A stretch of DNA of 37,192 nucleotides from an uncultured archaeon (GCA_964423085.1 CAYRDB010000004.1:1-37192), one strand, 5' to 3'. Shown: positions 25,022-35,020, counted from the first letter of the stretch. The notes: generated by a model from the letters alone, not told the origin. A program made the numbers and translations.

Positions 25022-26656
25022 TTGGCGGAAATAACTTTTGAAATAAGGAAGCCCGAAGCTTTACTGCTTGTCGCGTTTCTGGCAGTGATATTCATACTTG
25101 AGGCCCACCTTACGCTGACTACTCCAATATCGTTCGGTGACGAGGGGTATCACACCAGCATGGCGAGATGGATAGCCCAGAATGTGGAATATCCTGTCTG
25201 GACTCCGATAACCGAAACTGATGTATGGAAAGACGGGTTCACCAGACCGCCTTTCTGGAACATACTCGAAGGCGGGATAATGATTATGACTGGTATGAGC
25301 GAGATAGCCATCAAGCTGCTGACCCCACTCATATCAGTCCTCACTGGAATAGCTACATACATAACGGTCAAGCACTTTTACAACCCGAAGATGGGCGCAT
25401 TGGCTGCAATAATACTCGTTACAATACCGTCGTTTGTCACATACTCTGTCCTGTTCTACACCGACGCACTTGTGACATTCTTCACGATAATGTTTGTTTT
25501 CACGTTTGCTCTGTCACTCAAAAGCGGTAGGAATCTGCACATGCTGGTTGCCGGCGCGTTCGGAGCGCTCGCGTTTATGACAAAACTGACTGGATACGCC
25601 GCATACGCGTTTGTTATACTAACGTTCTTGTACTATTTCTTACGAGGCAAGAAAATCCTGCCTATGCTGAAGCACTATCTTCCGATGATAGTTATAATGC
25701 TGCTCATACCAGCCGCGTCTTTCCTAAGGAGCTACGTATACTATGGAACTCCGATATGCTACGGCATACCAATAGTCAGCTTCGTAACAGACAATATTTT
25801 TGACTTAAGCGGTTGCCAGATAAGCACATTGGAATCCGAGTACAGCTTCGAGGGCAGAACCGAAAAGACCGGATCTGAAGCGAACGTTTTCGACATGGGC
25901 CTTAGCAGCTACCTAGAATTCGCATACGGCAACATCTGGTTTATCATATTCGCGCTAATGGGAGGCCTATTCATAGTAGGCGCGGCGCTGATGAAAAAAT
26001 CAAAGGAGAACATAATGAACTTTTCCTTAATAGCTATGATGCTGATTTTCGCAGTTCTTTTCTTCACCATAACCAAGAGGGCCGAGGACACTGCCAGGTT
26101 CTCTCTGATGTGGACGCCTATAATAGCGATAATAGCGGCCAAATACTTTGACGCAATATACAACGCGATAAAGAGCAGGCAAAAGCACCTGGCTGTCGCT
26201 GTTTTCATAGCTGTTATAATAATCGGTTCGTTTACAGCATACGTCAAGATAGACAGCCTTTATGCTGTGAAGAATTTCTCGCCATCGTTTTTCGAGGCGT
26301 GTGACTGGATAGACGAAAACCTCCCCGAGGACGCCTTAATCACAACAGTCTGGTCTTACAGGGCTTCTTATAACTGCAACAGGGCTACAACAGGAAACGA
26401 CCCAGATATTTCGGCTAGCAACAATGTCACGCACATACTCCAGACAGCTAAAAGCAACGGGATAACCCATATTTTCATACAAAAGTTCTCTATAAGCAAT
26501 CAAGCCCTTTCAGAATCATACTCAATAGAGTACATCAACCTATTGGAAAGCAACCCAGAAACTTTTGTTAAAATATATGAGAACGGACCTTCATTGCAGG
26601 AATGCGTTCAAAAGGGCTATTGTGACGGAAATATAATTTACGAAATCGTATATTGA
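25022..26656 (+). CDS. GT-C fold membrane glycosyltransferase (ArnT/PMT-like) with STT3-like C-terminal domain
   Basis: FGDEGYH, RPPF, many TMs, DWIDENLPEDALITTVW. TTG 25022 start chosen; the ORF track starts at 24977. Confidence 0.8.
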   Translation: MAEITFEIRKPEALLLVAFLAVIFILEAHLTLTTPISFGDEGYHTSMARWIAQNVEYPVWTPITETDVWKDGFTRPPFWNILEGGIMIMTGMSEIAIKLLTPLISVLTGIATYITVKHFYNPKMGALAAIILVTIPSFVTYSVLFYTDALVTFFTIMFVFTFALSLKSGRNLHMLVAGAFGALAFMTKLTGYAAYAFVILTFLYYFLRGKKILPMLKHYLPMIVIMLLIPAASFLRSYVYYGTPICYGIPIVSFVTDNIFDLSGCQISTLESEYSFEGRTEKTGSEANVFDMGLSSYLEFAYGNIWFIIFALMGGLFIVGAALMKKSKENIMNFSLIAMMLIFAVLFFTITKRAEDTARFSLMWTPIIAIIAAKYFDAIYNAIKSRQKHLAVAVFIAVIIIGSFTAYVKIDSLYAVKNFSPSFFEACDWIDENLPEDALITTVWSYRASYNCNRATTGNDPDISASNNVTHILQTAKSNGITHIFIQKFSISNQALSESYSIEYINLLESNPETFVKIYENGPSLQECVQKGYCDGNIIYEIVY

Positions 26657-26667
26657 ACTGTGGTTAA

Positions 26668-27678
26668 ATGATTATATTAATCGCATCAATGCTCGTGTCA
26701 TTCGGTGTGACTTTTGCAATAGCGCCATACTTTATGCAGTTTCTAAAAGCTGGCGGGATAGTTGGATTGGACCTACATAAAAAGGACAGGCCGAAACTGC
26801 CGACTAGCGGGGGGCTTTGTGTTGTTTTTGGAATACTATCTGGAATGCTGACATACATCGGACTGACCACGTTCATGTACGGATCTGGCCCGGACACCAC
26901 AAATCTTCTAGCTGTTATATCCAGCATGCTGATTGTGACCATTGTCGGTCTACTGGACGACCTGAACGTCAAAGCGCGAGCTGTCATGACAAAGGAAGGA
27001 TTGGATATAAGAGTCGGTTTCCCGCAATGGGCGAAGCCCCTGCTTACGTTGCCTGCTGCAGTACCTCTCATGGTTGTAAACGCAGGCGAAACTATGATGT
27101 CTTTTCCTTTCATAGGAAATGTTGAGTTGGGCATACTATACCCGCTTCTTCTAATACCAGCATGCGTTGTTGTGATAAGCAATGCTATAAACCTCCTAGG
27201 CGGATTCAACGGATCCGAAAGCGGAATGGGTATAGTATACATGCTTGGTCTAGGCGCGTTCGCGTTTCTGAACGGGAGTATTGGAGCGGCTGTTTTCTTG
27301 ACGTCTTTTGCGGCCTTACTAGCGTTCATGAAGTACAACTGGTTCCCAGCAAAGTTCCTGCCGGGGGACAGCCTTACCTATCTTCTTGGGGCAATAGTCG
27401 CATCTGGAATAATAGTAGGTAATATGGAAAAGTTCGGACTGATATTGATGATACCGTTCGCGATAGAGTTCTTATTGAAAGCCAGATCTAAACTAAAGGC
27501 CAGCTGCCTCGGAAAGCTGAGGGAAGATGGAAAGCTCGACCCACCATACGGGAGAAAAATATACTCGATTACACACATAATTATGAACATAAAACCGATG
27601 ACAGAAAAGCATGTGACAATAGCGCTTATGCTTATAGAAGCAGCTTTCGTTCTAGTAGCTTTCTCAGGAGTAGCATAG
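26668..27678 (+). CDS. UDP-GlcNAc:dolichol-phosphate GlcNAc-1-phosphotransferase (AglH/Alg7-like, MraY superfamily)
   Basis: GLDLHK..P..GG, GLLDDL, NAINLLGGFNGSE, YNWFPAKFLPGDS. Confidence 0.85.
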   Translation: MIILIASMLVSFGVTFAIAPYFMQFLKAGGIVGLDLHKKDRPKLPTSGGLCVVFGILSGMLTYIGLTTFMYGSGPDTTNLLAVISSMLIVTIVGLLDDLNVKARAVMTKEGLDIRVGFPQWAKPLLTLPAAVPLMVVNAGETMMSFPFIGNVELGILYPLLLIPACVVVISNAINLLGGFNGSESGMGIVYMLGLGAFAFLNGSIGAAVFLTSFAALLAFMKYNWFPAKFLPGDSLTYLLGAIVASGIIVGNMEKFGLILMIPFAIEFLLKARSKLKASCLGKLREDGKLDPPYGRKIYSITHIIMNIKPMTEKHVTIALMLIEAAFVLVAFSGVA

Positions 27679-27679
27679 C

Positions 27680-28579
27680 TCACTTGAAGAAAAGCCGTAT
27701 CTGATCTTTTAGTGGCACCTTTCTTACGACTGGGTTCTTTTCCTTTCGCAAGAACACATACTTCATAACACGTATTCCCTGATCCCACTTGCCCAAAACG
27801 GTCCAGTAGGCTATCATTGCCAAAGTCATAGCTGATATCGGCACCATCATAATAGCGTCCAACGGGAACCGCAAGTTCTTCTTGAACGTCCATATCTTGT
27901 TCCTGTAGTGGTAGAACTTCATTATGCTTCCTGCCTTCGATGATGACGCTGAACCAGTATGGTGAACCAATGAATTTGGAACATAGTAAACATCATACCC
28001 TAAAAGCATAGCTCTCCAACAAACGTCCACTTCCTCAAAATACATGAAAAATGATGGATCATATAGCCTGCCCAGCTTTTTTATAACTTCCTTCTTTATC
28101 AACATAGAACAGTCTGATATCCAAAAACACTTTGTGACATTCTCATTGTCTTTTTGTGAAGGCGTCCCAAGAAAGTTTATATGACCTTCACCGACATCAC
28201 CTAGCTTCTCGTCTGATATTTTTGAGCCACATATTCCTATCTTTTTGTCTGTGTTGGCGACTTTTACAAGTTCTATCAGCCAGTCTTTATCTACCATGGT
28301 GTCATTGTTGAGTATTATTATATACTCCCCATTTGCTATCTCTATCCCGCGATTGAACCCTTCACCAAATCCATAGTTTTTTTCAAGAAAAAGTGTCTTA
28401 ACCCACGGAAATTTCTTATTAACCATTTCAACAGAACCATCAGAAGAGCAATTGTCTATCATTATAACTTCGTATCTATCTTTTTGATAATTTATTTTTT
28501 GAATTGCATTAAAGCATCTATTAAGATATTTCTTACCGTTGTAATTTAGAACCAATATAGAGCAGAATGGAAAATTCAT
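27680..28579 (-). CDS. Glycosyltransferase family 2 (WbbL/rhamnosyltransferase-like)
   Basis: ILVLNYNG, IDNCSSDGS, NYGFGEGFNRG, LNNDT, FFMYFEEVDVCWR. Start at ATG 28579 avoids overlap. Confidence 0.9.
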   Translation of the reverse strand: MNFPFCSILVLNYNGKKYLNRCFNAIQKINYQKDRYEVIMIDNCSSDGSVEMVNKKFPWVKTLFLEKNYGFGEGFNRGIEIANGEYIIILNNDTMVDKDWLIELVKVANTDKKIGICGSKISDEKLGDVGEGHINFLGTPSQKDNENVTKCFWISDCSMLIKKEVIKKLGRLYDPSFFMYFEEVDVCWRAMLLGYDVYYVPNSLVHHTGSASSSKAGSIMKFYHYRNKIWTFKKNLRFPLDAIMMVPISAMTLAMIAYWTVLGKWDQGIRVMKYVFLRKEKNPVVRKVPLKDQIRLFFK

Positions 28580-28586
28580 AAAATCA

Positions 28587-29696
28587 CTAAACATTACCGC
28601 TAAAATCATTTACATGCCCTATTACTTTATTCACATCATCATCTGTCATATCAGGATATAGTGGAAGTGTCACTATATTTTTCCACACCTTTTCTGCAAT
28701 CGGTACTTTTGACTTAATCCTCTTAAAAATTGGATGCATATTAAGTGGCATGTAGTGAACGCCAGTAGAAATTCCATTTTTGTCTAAGAACTCCATTAAA
28801 CTGTCTCTTTTTTCTACTTTGACGACAAAATTGTGAAATGAGCTCTTTACATAATCCTTTTCTACAGGAAGCTCCAACCAGTCCAAACCAGAAAGACCTT
28901 TTTTGTACATCTTCACTATCTCCGTTCTCCTACCATTTAGTTCATTTATTCTTTCCAATTGAACTGACGCTATAGCAGCTGTTATGTCATTCATATGATA
29001 TTTCCAACCCAGCTCGCCTACTTCATAATACCAAGAATAAGATTTTTCCGACCTCTGAAAAGTAGATTTGTTTATACCACACCACCTCATTCTACGCAGT
29101 TTTTCATCTATCAATTTATCATTGGTTGTTACCGCACCACCATCGCAAGTACCTATATTTTTTACCGCGTGAAAACTAAAAACAGAAATATCACCCAATG
29201 TCCCAACTTTTCTCCCGCGATATTCTGCCCCAAGCGCGTGCGAAGAATCCTCTATAACCTTTATATCATGCTCATTTGCTATCTCGGTTATTTCATCCAT
29301 CTCACACGGATGACCTCCAAAATGCACTGGTATTATTGCTTTTGTTTTTGGAGTTATTTTTCTTTTTATATCATCAACATCTATGTTCAAAGTATCTTCA
29401 CAAACATCAGCAAAAACGGGCGATGCATTGTTGTAACTAGCAGCGAACGCTGTTGAAATAAAAGTTATAGCTGGTACAATTATCTCACCAGAGTTTATCC
29501 CTAAAGCTCTGACCGCAAGATGTAAGCCTGCTGTCGCAGAGTTCAATCCAACTGCATATTTAGTTCCTATGAAATTTGAAAATTGTTTTTCAAACTTTTC
29601 CGTTTCTGGACCCAATCCAATCCATCCACTTTTCATCACTTTAACGACTGCATCTATTTCTCTTTCTGTGATTGATGGCTTGAAAACTTGTATCAT
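28587..29696 (-). CDS. DegT/DnrJ/EryC1/StrS PLP-dependent sugar aminotransferase
   Basis: NSATAGLHLA, IIPVHFGG, EDSSHALG, FSFHAVKN (PLP lysine). Confidence 0.93.
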   Translation of the reverse strand: MIQVFKPSITEREIDAVVKVMKSGWIGLGPETEKFEKQFSNFIGTKYAVGLNSATAGLHLAVRALGINSGEIIVPAITFISTAFAASYNNASPVFADVCEDTLNIDVDDIKRKITPKTKAIIPVHFGGHPCEMDEITEIANEHDIKVIEDSSHALGAEYRGRKVGTLGDISVFSFHAVKNIGTCDGGAVTTNDKLIDEKLRRMRWCGINKSTFQRSEKSYSWYYEVGELGWKYHMNDITAAIASVQLERINELNGRRTEIVKMYKKGLSGLDWLELPVEKDYVKSSFHNFVVKVEKRDSLMEFLDKNGISTGVHYMPLNMHPIFKRIKSKVPIAEKVWKNIVTLPLYPDMTDDDVNKVIGHVNDFSGNV

Positions 29697-30409
29697 TTAC
29701 CCACTTTTGAAAAGAATTCATTGGCTTTGAATAAAGAATCAAAAGTTCCTGCGTCTATCCAAAACCCTTCTATCATGTCGAAAGATATATCATCATTTTC
29801 AGCATAATTGTTTATGATATCCGTTATCTCTAACTCATTTCTTTTAGATGGTTTCAATTTAGGTATCATATCGAAAACTTTTTTGTCAAACATATAAACT
29901 CCTGTTATAGCAAAATCTGTTGTAGGGTTCTCAGGTTTCTCTACAGCTTTCTCGACTTTTCCGTCACTTATTTCTACCAGACCAAAACGGCTTGGATCAT
30001 CGACCTTTTTAATCAATATATGAGAACCTTTAGCGCTTTTGAAGAATTTTTCTACATGTTTTTTTATATCGCACTCCATTATGTTGTCTCCAAGTATGAC
30101 TACAAACTTATCAGAACCAACAAAATCTTTTGCGACATTGAGAGCTACTGGTATTCCTCCACTTCCATCCTGGCAACCATATGTGAATTTCGCCCCAAAA
30201 TCGATTCCGCTCCCAAGAAGTCTTAGAAAATCTCCTATGTTCTCTCCGCCAGTAATAATCATTATATCTTTGATACCAGCTTTCACAAGAGTCTGAATTG
30301 GATAATATATCATTGGACTATTGTATACTGGAAGAAGATGTTTATTGCTGACTTTTGTAAGTGGAAACAGTCTCTTTCCAGTGCCACCAGCCAATATTAC
30401 GCCTTTCAT
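29693..30409 (-). CDS. rmlA: Glucose-1-phosphate thymidylyltransferase (short RmlA/SpsI type)
   Basis: ILAGGTGKRLFPLT, KHLLPVY, LKPSKRNELEITD, WIDAGT. Confidence 0.85.
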   Translation of the reverse strand: MKGVILAGGTGKRLFPLTKVSNKHLLPVYNSPMIYYPIQTLVKAGIKDIMIITGGENIGDFLRLLGSGIDFGAKFTYGCQDGSGGIPVALNVAKDFVGSDKFVVILGDNIMECDIKKHVEKFFKSAKGSHILIKKVDDPSRFGLVEISDGKVEKAVEKPENPTTDFAITGVYMFDKKVFDMIPKLKPSKRNELEITDIINNYAENDDISFDMIEGFWIDAGTFDSLFKANEFFSKVGK

Positions 30410-30933
30410 TTCAAAACACTTTCTGCAATTTTATTTATTGACTCCATCTCTTTATTGTCGGCTCTCCAATAATCTTTCTCATCGTAGTTTTCTGATGCCA
30501 AAGCTAAAACTATTACTTTCTCATCATTCATTGGCCAATATATATGATATACACCATTCGGTACTAGTATTTGAGCCATCTGCGATTTGTCTATAGTCAC
30601 AACATCTATATTTTTAGATAAACCTTCTGGAGAATTAAATCCCAATATTATTTTAAACATCTTCCCAAAAGTTGGGGAATCTTTCCTATAATCCTTGAAA
30701 ATCCAAAGAGCAGTTCCAGAAAGTGTATAAAAGTTTTCTATATTTTTGAAATGAAAGTGACCAGCTCTAGGAACATTCTTGCCAGTCGCTATAGATGCAT
30801 AAATGTTCTTTATACCAGACTTCAGAAAGTCGTCATTTTCTGGTTTTGCAATCTCGCAAAGAACTCCTCTTTCATCAGAGTTTACCTTGTTAAATTTTAT
30901 TTTCAAACCATCTATACCAGTCTCTATATCCAT
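30406..30933 (-). CDS. Cupin dTDP-sugar isomerase (FdtA/QdtA 3,4-ketoisomerase-like; RmlC superfamily)
   Basis: DERG, RAGHFH, DSPTFG, VLALASENYDEKDY. Confidence 0.7.
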   Translation of the reverse strand: MDIETGIDGLKIKFNKVNSDERGVLCEIAKPENDDFLKSGIKNIYASIATGKNVPRAGHFHFKNIENFYTLSGTALWIFKDYRKDSPTFGKMFKIILGFNSPEGLSKNIDVVTIDKSQMAQILVPNGVYHIYWPMNDEKVIVLALASENYDEKDYWRADNKEMESINKIAESVLK

Positions 30934-30937
30934 TAAA

Positions 30938-31948
30938 TCACTCTTTTGTTATATGTGGATTTAGCTCTCTGGAGTTTAAAGAGTCTGTCCAAGATTTATT
31001 TTTGACATACCAATCAATTGTAACTTCAAGGGCTTGCATAAAATTATCTCTAGTATATTCGGGTTCCCATCCGAATTCATTCCTTATCTTACTGGCATCT
31101 ATAGCATATCTCCTATCATGTCCGGGCCTGTCTTTTACGAAAGTTATCAAAGACTCTGGTTTACCCAATATTTCCAGTATCATCTTGCTTATTTCCAGAT
31201 TACTTCTCTCGTTGTTTGCTCCTATATTATAAATTTCTCCAGGAACTCCGTCCTTTAATAGAATTTCAAGAGCCTTGCAATGATCAAGAACCCATATCCA
31301 ATCCCTAACGTTTTTTCCATCTCCATAGAGCGGAAGTGACATGTCGTTAATTGCTCTGATTGTGAAAAATGGTATAAGCTTCTCTGGATATTGGAAAGGT
31401 CCATAGTTGTTAGAACAATGGGTAACTACGACTGGAGTTCCGTAAGTGTTGAAATGAGCATTACATAAAAGATCTCCGCCAGCTTTTGCAGCCGCGTATA
31501 AGGCATTTGGCTGTATTTTATTATTTTCTGTGAACTTTGATTTATCTTCTAATTTCAAAGATCCATAAACTTCATCAGTAGACACTTGAAGATATTTCTT
31601 GATATTGTATTTTGATACAGCATCCAAAATATTTTGGACGCCCAAAACATTGGTCATTACAAAAGGTTTCAAATCTTCGTGTATCCCTTTGTCGACATGT
31701 GTTTCAGCGGCGAAGTTTATAACATAATCTGACATCTTAACGAATTTTTCCATTTTTTCAGAATCTACTATGTCAGCCTTTACAAATGTATATCTTGAAT
31801 CTTTTTCCACATCTTTTAAATTATCTATGTTGCCGGCATATGTCAACTTGTCGTAGTTTATTATCTTTATGTCTTTGTTTGTATTTAGCATATGCCTTAT
31901 AAAATTACTCCCTATAAAACCTGCTCCACCACACACCAAAAGCTTCAT
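30938..31948 (-). CDS. rmlB: dTDP-glucose 4,6-dehydratase
   Basis: GGAGFIGSNF, DKLTYAGN, FAAETHVD, STDEVYG, SNNYGP.QYPEKLIP, DRPGHDRRYA. Confidence 0.95.
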   Translation of the reverse strand: MKLLVCGGAGFIGSNFIRHMLNTNKDIKIINYDKLTYAGNIDNLKDVEKDSRYTFVKADIVDSEKMEKFVKMSDYVINFAAETHVDKGIHEDLKPFVMTNVLGVQNILDAVSKYNIKKYLQVSTDEVYGSLKLEDKSKFTENNKIQPNALYAAAKAGGDLLCNAHFNTYGTPVVVTHCSNNYGPFQYPEKLIPFFTIRAINDMSLPLYGDGKNVRDWIWVLDHCKALEILLKDGVPGEIYNIGANNERSNLEISKMILEILGKPESLITFVKDRPGHDRRYAIDASKIRNEFGWEPEYTRDNFMQALEVTIDWYVKNKSWTDSLNSRELNPHITKE

Positions 31949-31989
31949 TATCCATCTCTCCTAACAGTTGTAATTTAACCGATTAAAAT

Positions 31990-33558
31990 TTAAAGGTTGT
32001 CAAGTTCCTTGTAGGAACGCGTTGCGTATTTAGAAAAAACATTCTCTAACTTTCGCAGAGGCTTCTTCAATATTTTAATTTTTTTGGAGAGTATTCCAAG
32101 AACTTCCAAATCTTCCTTAATCAAGAAATTTGCTTTTATTAGGACTATTAAATAAGATATTCCAGATACTGCAACAATCGCTGCTATTGTTGCGTACTGA
32201 AACAGTATGCTGTATGGTTCCAAATAAGAGACGACCGGTTTCAATAGAAGCAGCATTGTAATAAATAGCACAATTGCCAGAAATATTTTCCCTATGTCTA
32301 GAACAGGGAATTTGAAACCAAGCGACTTTCTTACAAATATTAAGCTTATTGAAAACAGCAATACCGCCGAAGATAGGTACGCGATTGCTAATCCAGTGGC
32401 AGAAAGCATGTAGGTAAGAACCAAGACTGTAGGCACGTATATCGAAGTGACAATCGCCCATCCATATGTCTGTTTTCTTGGCTCTCCTATGGCGTATAAT
32501 GAAGAAAGGAATAATGCGCTTATAGCTATCAGTATTTCAGCTGGTACCAAAAACATAAGGAATGATGCCGATTGTATATATTCGGGACTGGACACGAGAA
32601 GAACGACATAATCTGAAAACATCAATATGGAAACAGCTATCGGAAGAACAACGACTAGAGAATATCTGAAAACTATTTTTAATAAATACAACTGCCTCTT
32701 TTTGGCTTCAAATGAACCGCATAATTTTGACATTACTGGAAATATTGACGATATTACTATATGGGGTAATGTAGGAACAATTGCAGATATTGTGATTGCT
32801 ACGCCGAAAAGACCGCTCAAAGTCGCGGTTGTCATTGAAGTCAGAATTATGTTTTGAGTATTGGCATAAAGCTGGACAAGTATCAGATATATCAGATTAG
32901 GTACGGCATATGCGTAAATCAATTTTTTGTCCACAGTAACTTTCTTAGAAATTCTATAAATTCTCTTAAAGTCGACCCTAGTAATGAATATTACAAAAAA
33001 GCACATAAAGCAACCGCCAAGCGCCCCAAAGTGGGATGCCCCAAGGTATATCAACAAAACCATGACCACAATTCTCGTAACCTGGCCGAAGAAGTTTGTA
33101 AGGAATATTTTTTTCATGTCCTGGAAGCCGAAATATATGTTCTTGAAATAGTTACCTGCTGTATTGGCTATAAAAATCGCGATTATCGCTAGGAATATGT
33201 AAAAATCAAGATTCAGCATAGCAGTTATTTGCTCGGATAAAATCAGAGACACTGCTGTTATGCCAATTACCAGAGCCAATGTAACCTTTGTCGTGTGGTT
33301 TATCAATCCCTGGACCTTGTCTTTTTCGCCTTTCTCCAACAGTTCAGGCAACAACTTGTCCAAAACTGTTGGGAACCCGAAGCATGCTATAAAAGACAAG
33401 AATATCGCAACCTGTAAAGAAGTGGCTATTATACCATAAGATTCTGGTGGGAGCGTCTTACCTATTATGAACCAAAAAACAACTGGTATTACAGTTATTG
33501 CTATCCAGTTCAATGCCAGATATGTGGCGTTTGAAACCAGTTTTTCCTTTATGTTCAT
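31990..33558 (-). CDS. Oligosaccharide flippase (Wzx/MOP family)
   Basis: 522 aa, about 14 TM, L.PESYG motif after TM1; lies within the glycan cluster. Confidence 0.85.
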   Translation of the reverse strand: MNIKEKLVSNATYLALNWIAITVIPVVFWFIIGKTLPPESYGIIATSLQVAIFLSFIACFGFPTVLDKLLPELLEKGEKDKVQGLINHTTKVTLALVIGITAVSLILSEQITAMLNLDFYIFLAIIAIFIANTAGNYFKNIYFGFQDMKKIFLTNFFGQVTRIVVMVLLIYLGASHFGALGGCFMCFFVIFITRVDFKRIYRISKKVTVDKKLIYAYAVPNLIYLILVQLYANTQNIILTSMTTATLSGLFGVAITISAIVPTLPHIVISSIFPVMSKLCGSFEAKKRQLYLLKIVFRYSLVVVLPIAVSILMFSDYVVLLVSSPEYIQSASFLMFLVPAEILIAISALFLSSLYAIGEPRKQTYGWAIVTSIYVPTVLVLTYMLSATGLAIAYLSSAVLLFSISLIFVRKSLGFKFPVLDIGKIFLAIVLFITMLLLLKPVVSYLEPYSILFQYATIAAIVAVSGISYLIVLIKANFLIKEDLEVLGILSKKIKILKKPLRKLENVFSKYATRSYKELDNL

Positions 33559-33565
33559 CCAATAA

Positions 33566-35020
33566 TCACTTTAAACTTTTCAAAACAGATTTTATGAAAA
33601 TAGGAGTTGCTTTGAAAACCCTCTTTACTTCACCCCAGCTTGTGAGCATAAGCCTAAGCGTCTTCAATATAAACTTCGGTCTAAGATAGAACTCGTTTCT
33701 AGCTATATTGCACAACTTCAACACATCCTCTTTAGATAGTTCCGGTGTGGTTACAAGTGAGTTGTGCCAGCCTTCTTTCGTATTCCATTTAGAAAAGTCG
33801 TTTGTGGTCAGGTACTTGTTCTTCTGAGCCCATTCATAAGCTTCTGTGCCGGGATAGACTATAAGAGGGAAGAACTGGGCGTCGTCCGGATCCAGCTCCT
33901 TTGCGAACTCTATTGTCTTCATCGCTGTCTCCTTTGTTTCGCCTTTTATGCCTATTATAAAGCATCCGTGCACTAGCAGGCCTGCCTCCTTTGCGTTCCT
34001 AGAAAACTGCCTTGACTGTTCCAGTGTTATCCCCTTTCTGGCGTTGTCAAGTATATCCTGAACGCCGCTTTCATACCCGGGTATCAAGAGCCTGCACCCC
34101 GCATCTTTCATAATCTTCATTGTTTCTATGTCAAGCGTCACCCTAACATTCGCGTACCATTTTATTTTCTTGTTTATGCCCTTCTCTATTAGCAGCATGC
34201 ATATCTTCCTTACCCTCTCTATGTCAGCTGTAAGGGTATCGTCTTCTATTCCTACTTCCTTCACCGATGGCAAATTGTTGACGATGTACTCGAACTCTTC
34301 GACAACATTTTCAGCGCTCCTGAGCCTGTAAGCATGGCCGTGAAAAACCTGTGGCCAGTTGCACCAAAAGCACCTGAACGGGCATCCTCTACCGGTTATT
34401 ATCATCACCATCGGATGGCTGGCTGAAGAATAAAAGTAGTCATTTATGTCCAAATGCTTCCTGTAAACCGATGTCACAAAAGGAAGGTTGTCCAGGTTTT
34501 CAGCCATCGGACGCGGCTCGTTGTGAACTATTTTTTCATTGTTATCTCTGTAAACTATTCCTTTCACATTTTTGAGCTCCTTTTTGTGGGCTATGCATTT
34601 TGCCAATTCTGCCAAAGTGTAATCGTATTCGTGAGTTGCAACAGCATCTATATTATCGTCCATCTGAAGAGTCTCTTCAGGAAGAGCCGATACATGAGTG
34701 CCTACCATCACAGAAAATGCCTTTGTCACGTTCTTCAGCTTCGATGCAACCATTACATCGTTTTTTATGCTAGGTGTGGATGTGTCGACAACTATCATTT
34801 CAGGCCCAAAACTTGCGGCTATCTCAGAGACCTGTTCCAAATTCAGCTTCTTTGCCGCAGCGTCTAGCAGTTTTACTTCAAAGCCCTCTTTTTCCAAAAC
34901 GCCGGCAGCGTAAGAAAGCCATATAGGATAGTATATAGTCCCTCCTTTTGTTACAGCAGGAGACCTAGAGTTCCTGGAATATTTTGGCATGAAAGGTGGA
35001 TTCAACAACAGTATCTTCAT
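33566..35020 (-). CDS. Cobalamin-binding radical SAM enzyme (HpnJ-like)
   Basis: LLNPP...SR.PA......YYPIWLSYAAG N-terminus, GTHVSALPEE, RGCPFRCFWC, GYESG, YPGT. Confidence 0.88.
   Translation of the reverse strand: MKILLLNPPFMPKYSRNSRSPAVTKGGTIYYPIWLSYAAGVLEKEGFEVKLLDAAAKKLNLEQVSEIAASFGPEMIVVDTSTPSIKNDVMVASKLKNVTKAFSVMVGTHVSALPEETLQMDDNIDAVATHEYDYTLAELAKCIAHKKELKNVKGIVYRDNNEKIVHNEPRPMAENLDNLPFVTSVYRKHLDINDYFYSSASHPMVMIITGRGCPFRCFWCNWPQVFHGHAYRLRSAENVVEEFEYIVNNLPSVKEVGIEDDTLTADIERVRKICMLLIEKGINKKIKWYANVRVTLDIETMKIMKDAGCRLLIPGYESGVQDILDNARKGITLEQSRQFSRNAKEAGLLVHGCFIIGIKGETKETAMKTIEFAKELDPDDAQFFPLIVYPGTEAYEWAQKNKYLTTNDFSKWNTKEGWHNSLVTTPELSKEDVLKLCNIARNEFYLRPKFILKTLRLMLTSWGEVKRVFKATPIFIKSVLKSLK

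Noticed and set aside
10021-27893. Long antisense ORFs (e.g. 10021..10635, 19983..20525, 26664..27338, 27378..27893)
   Set aside because: Mirror frames of well-supported membrane protein genes with no independent motifs.
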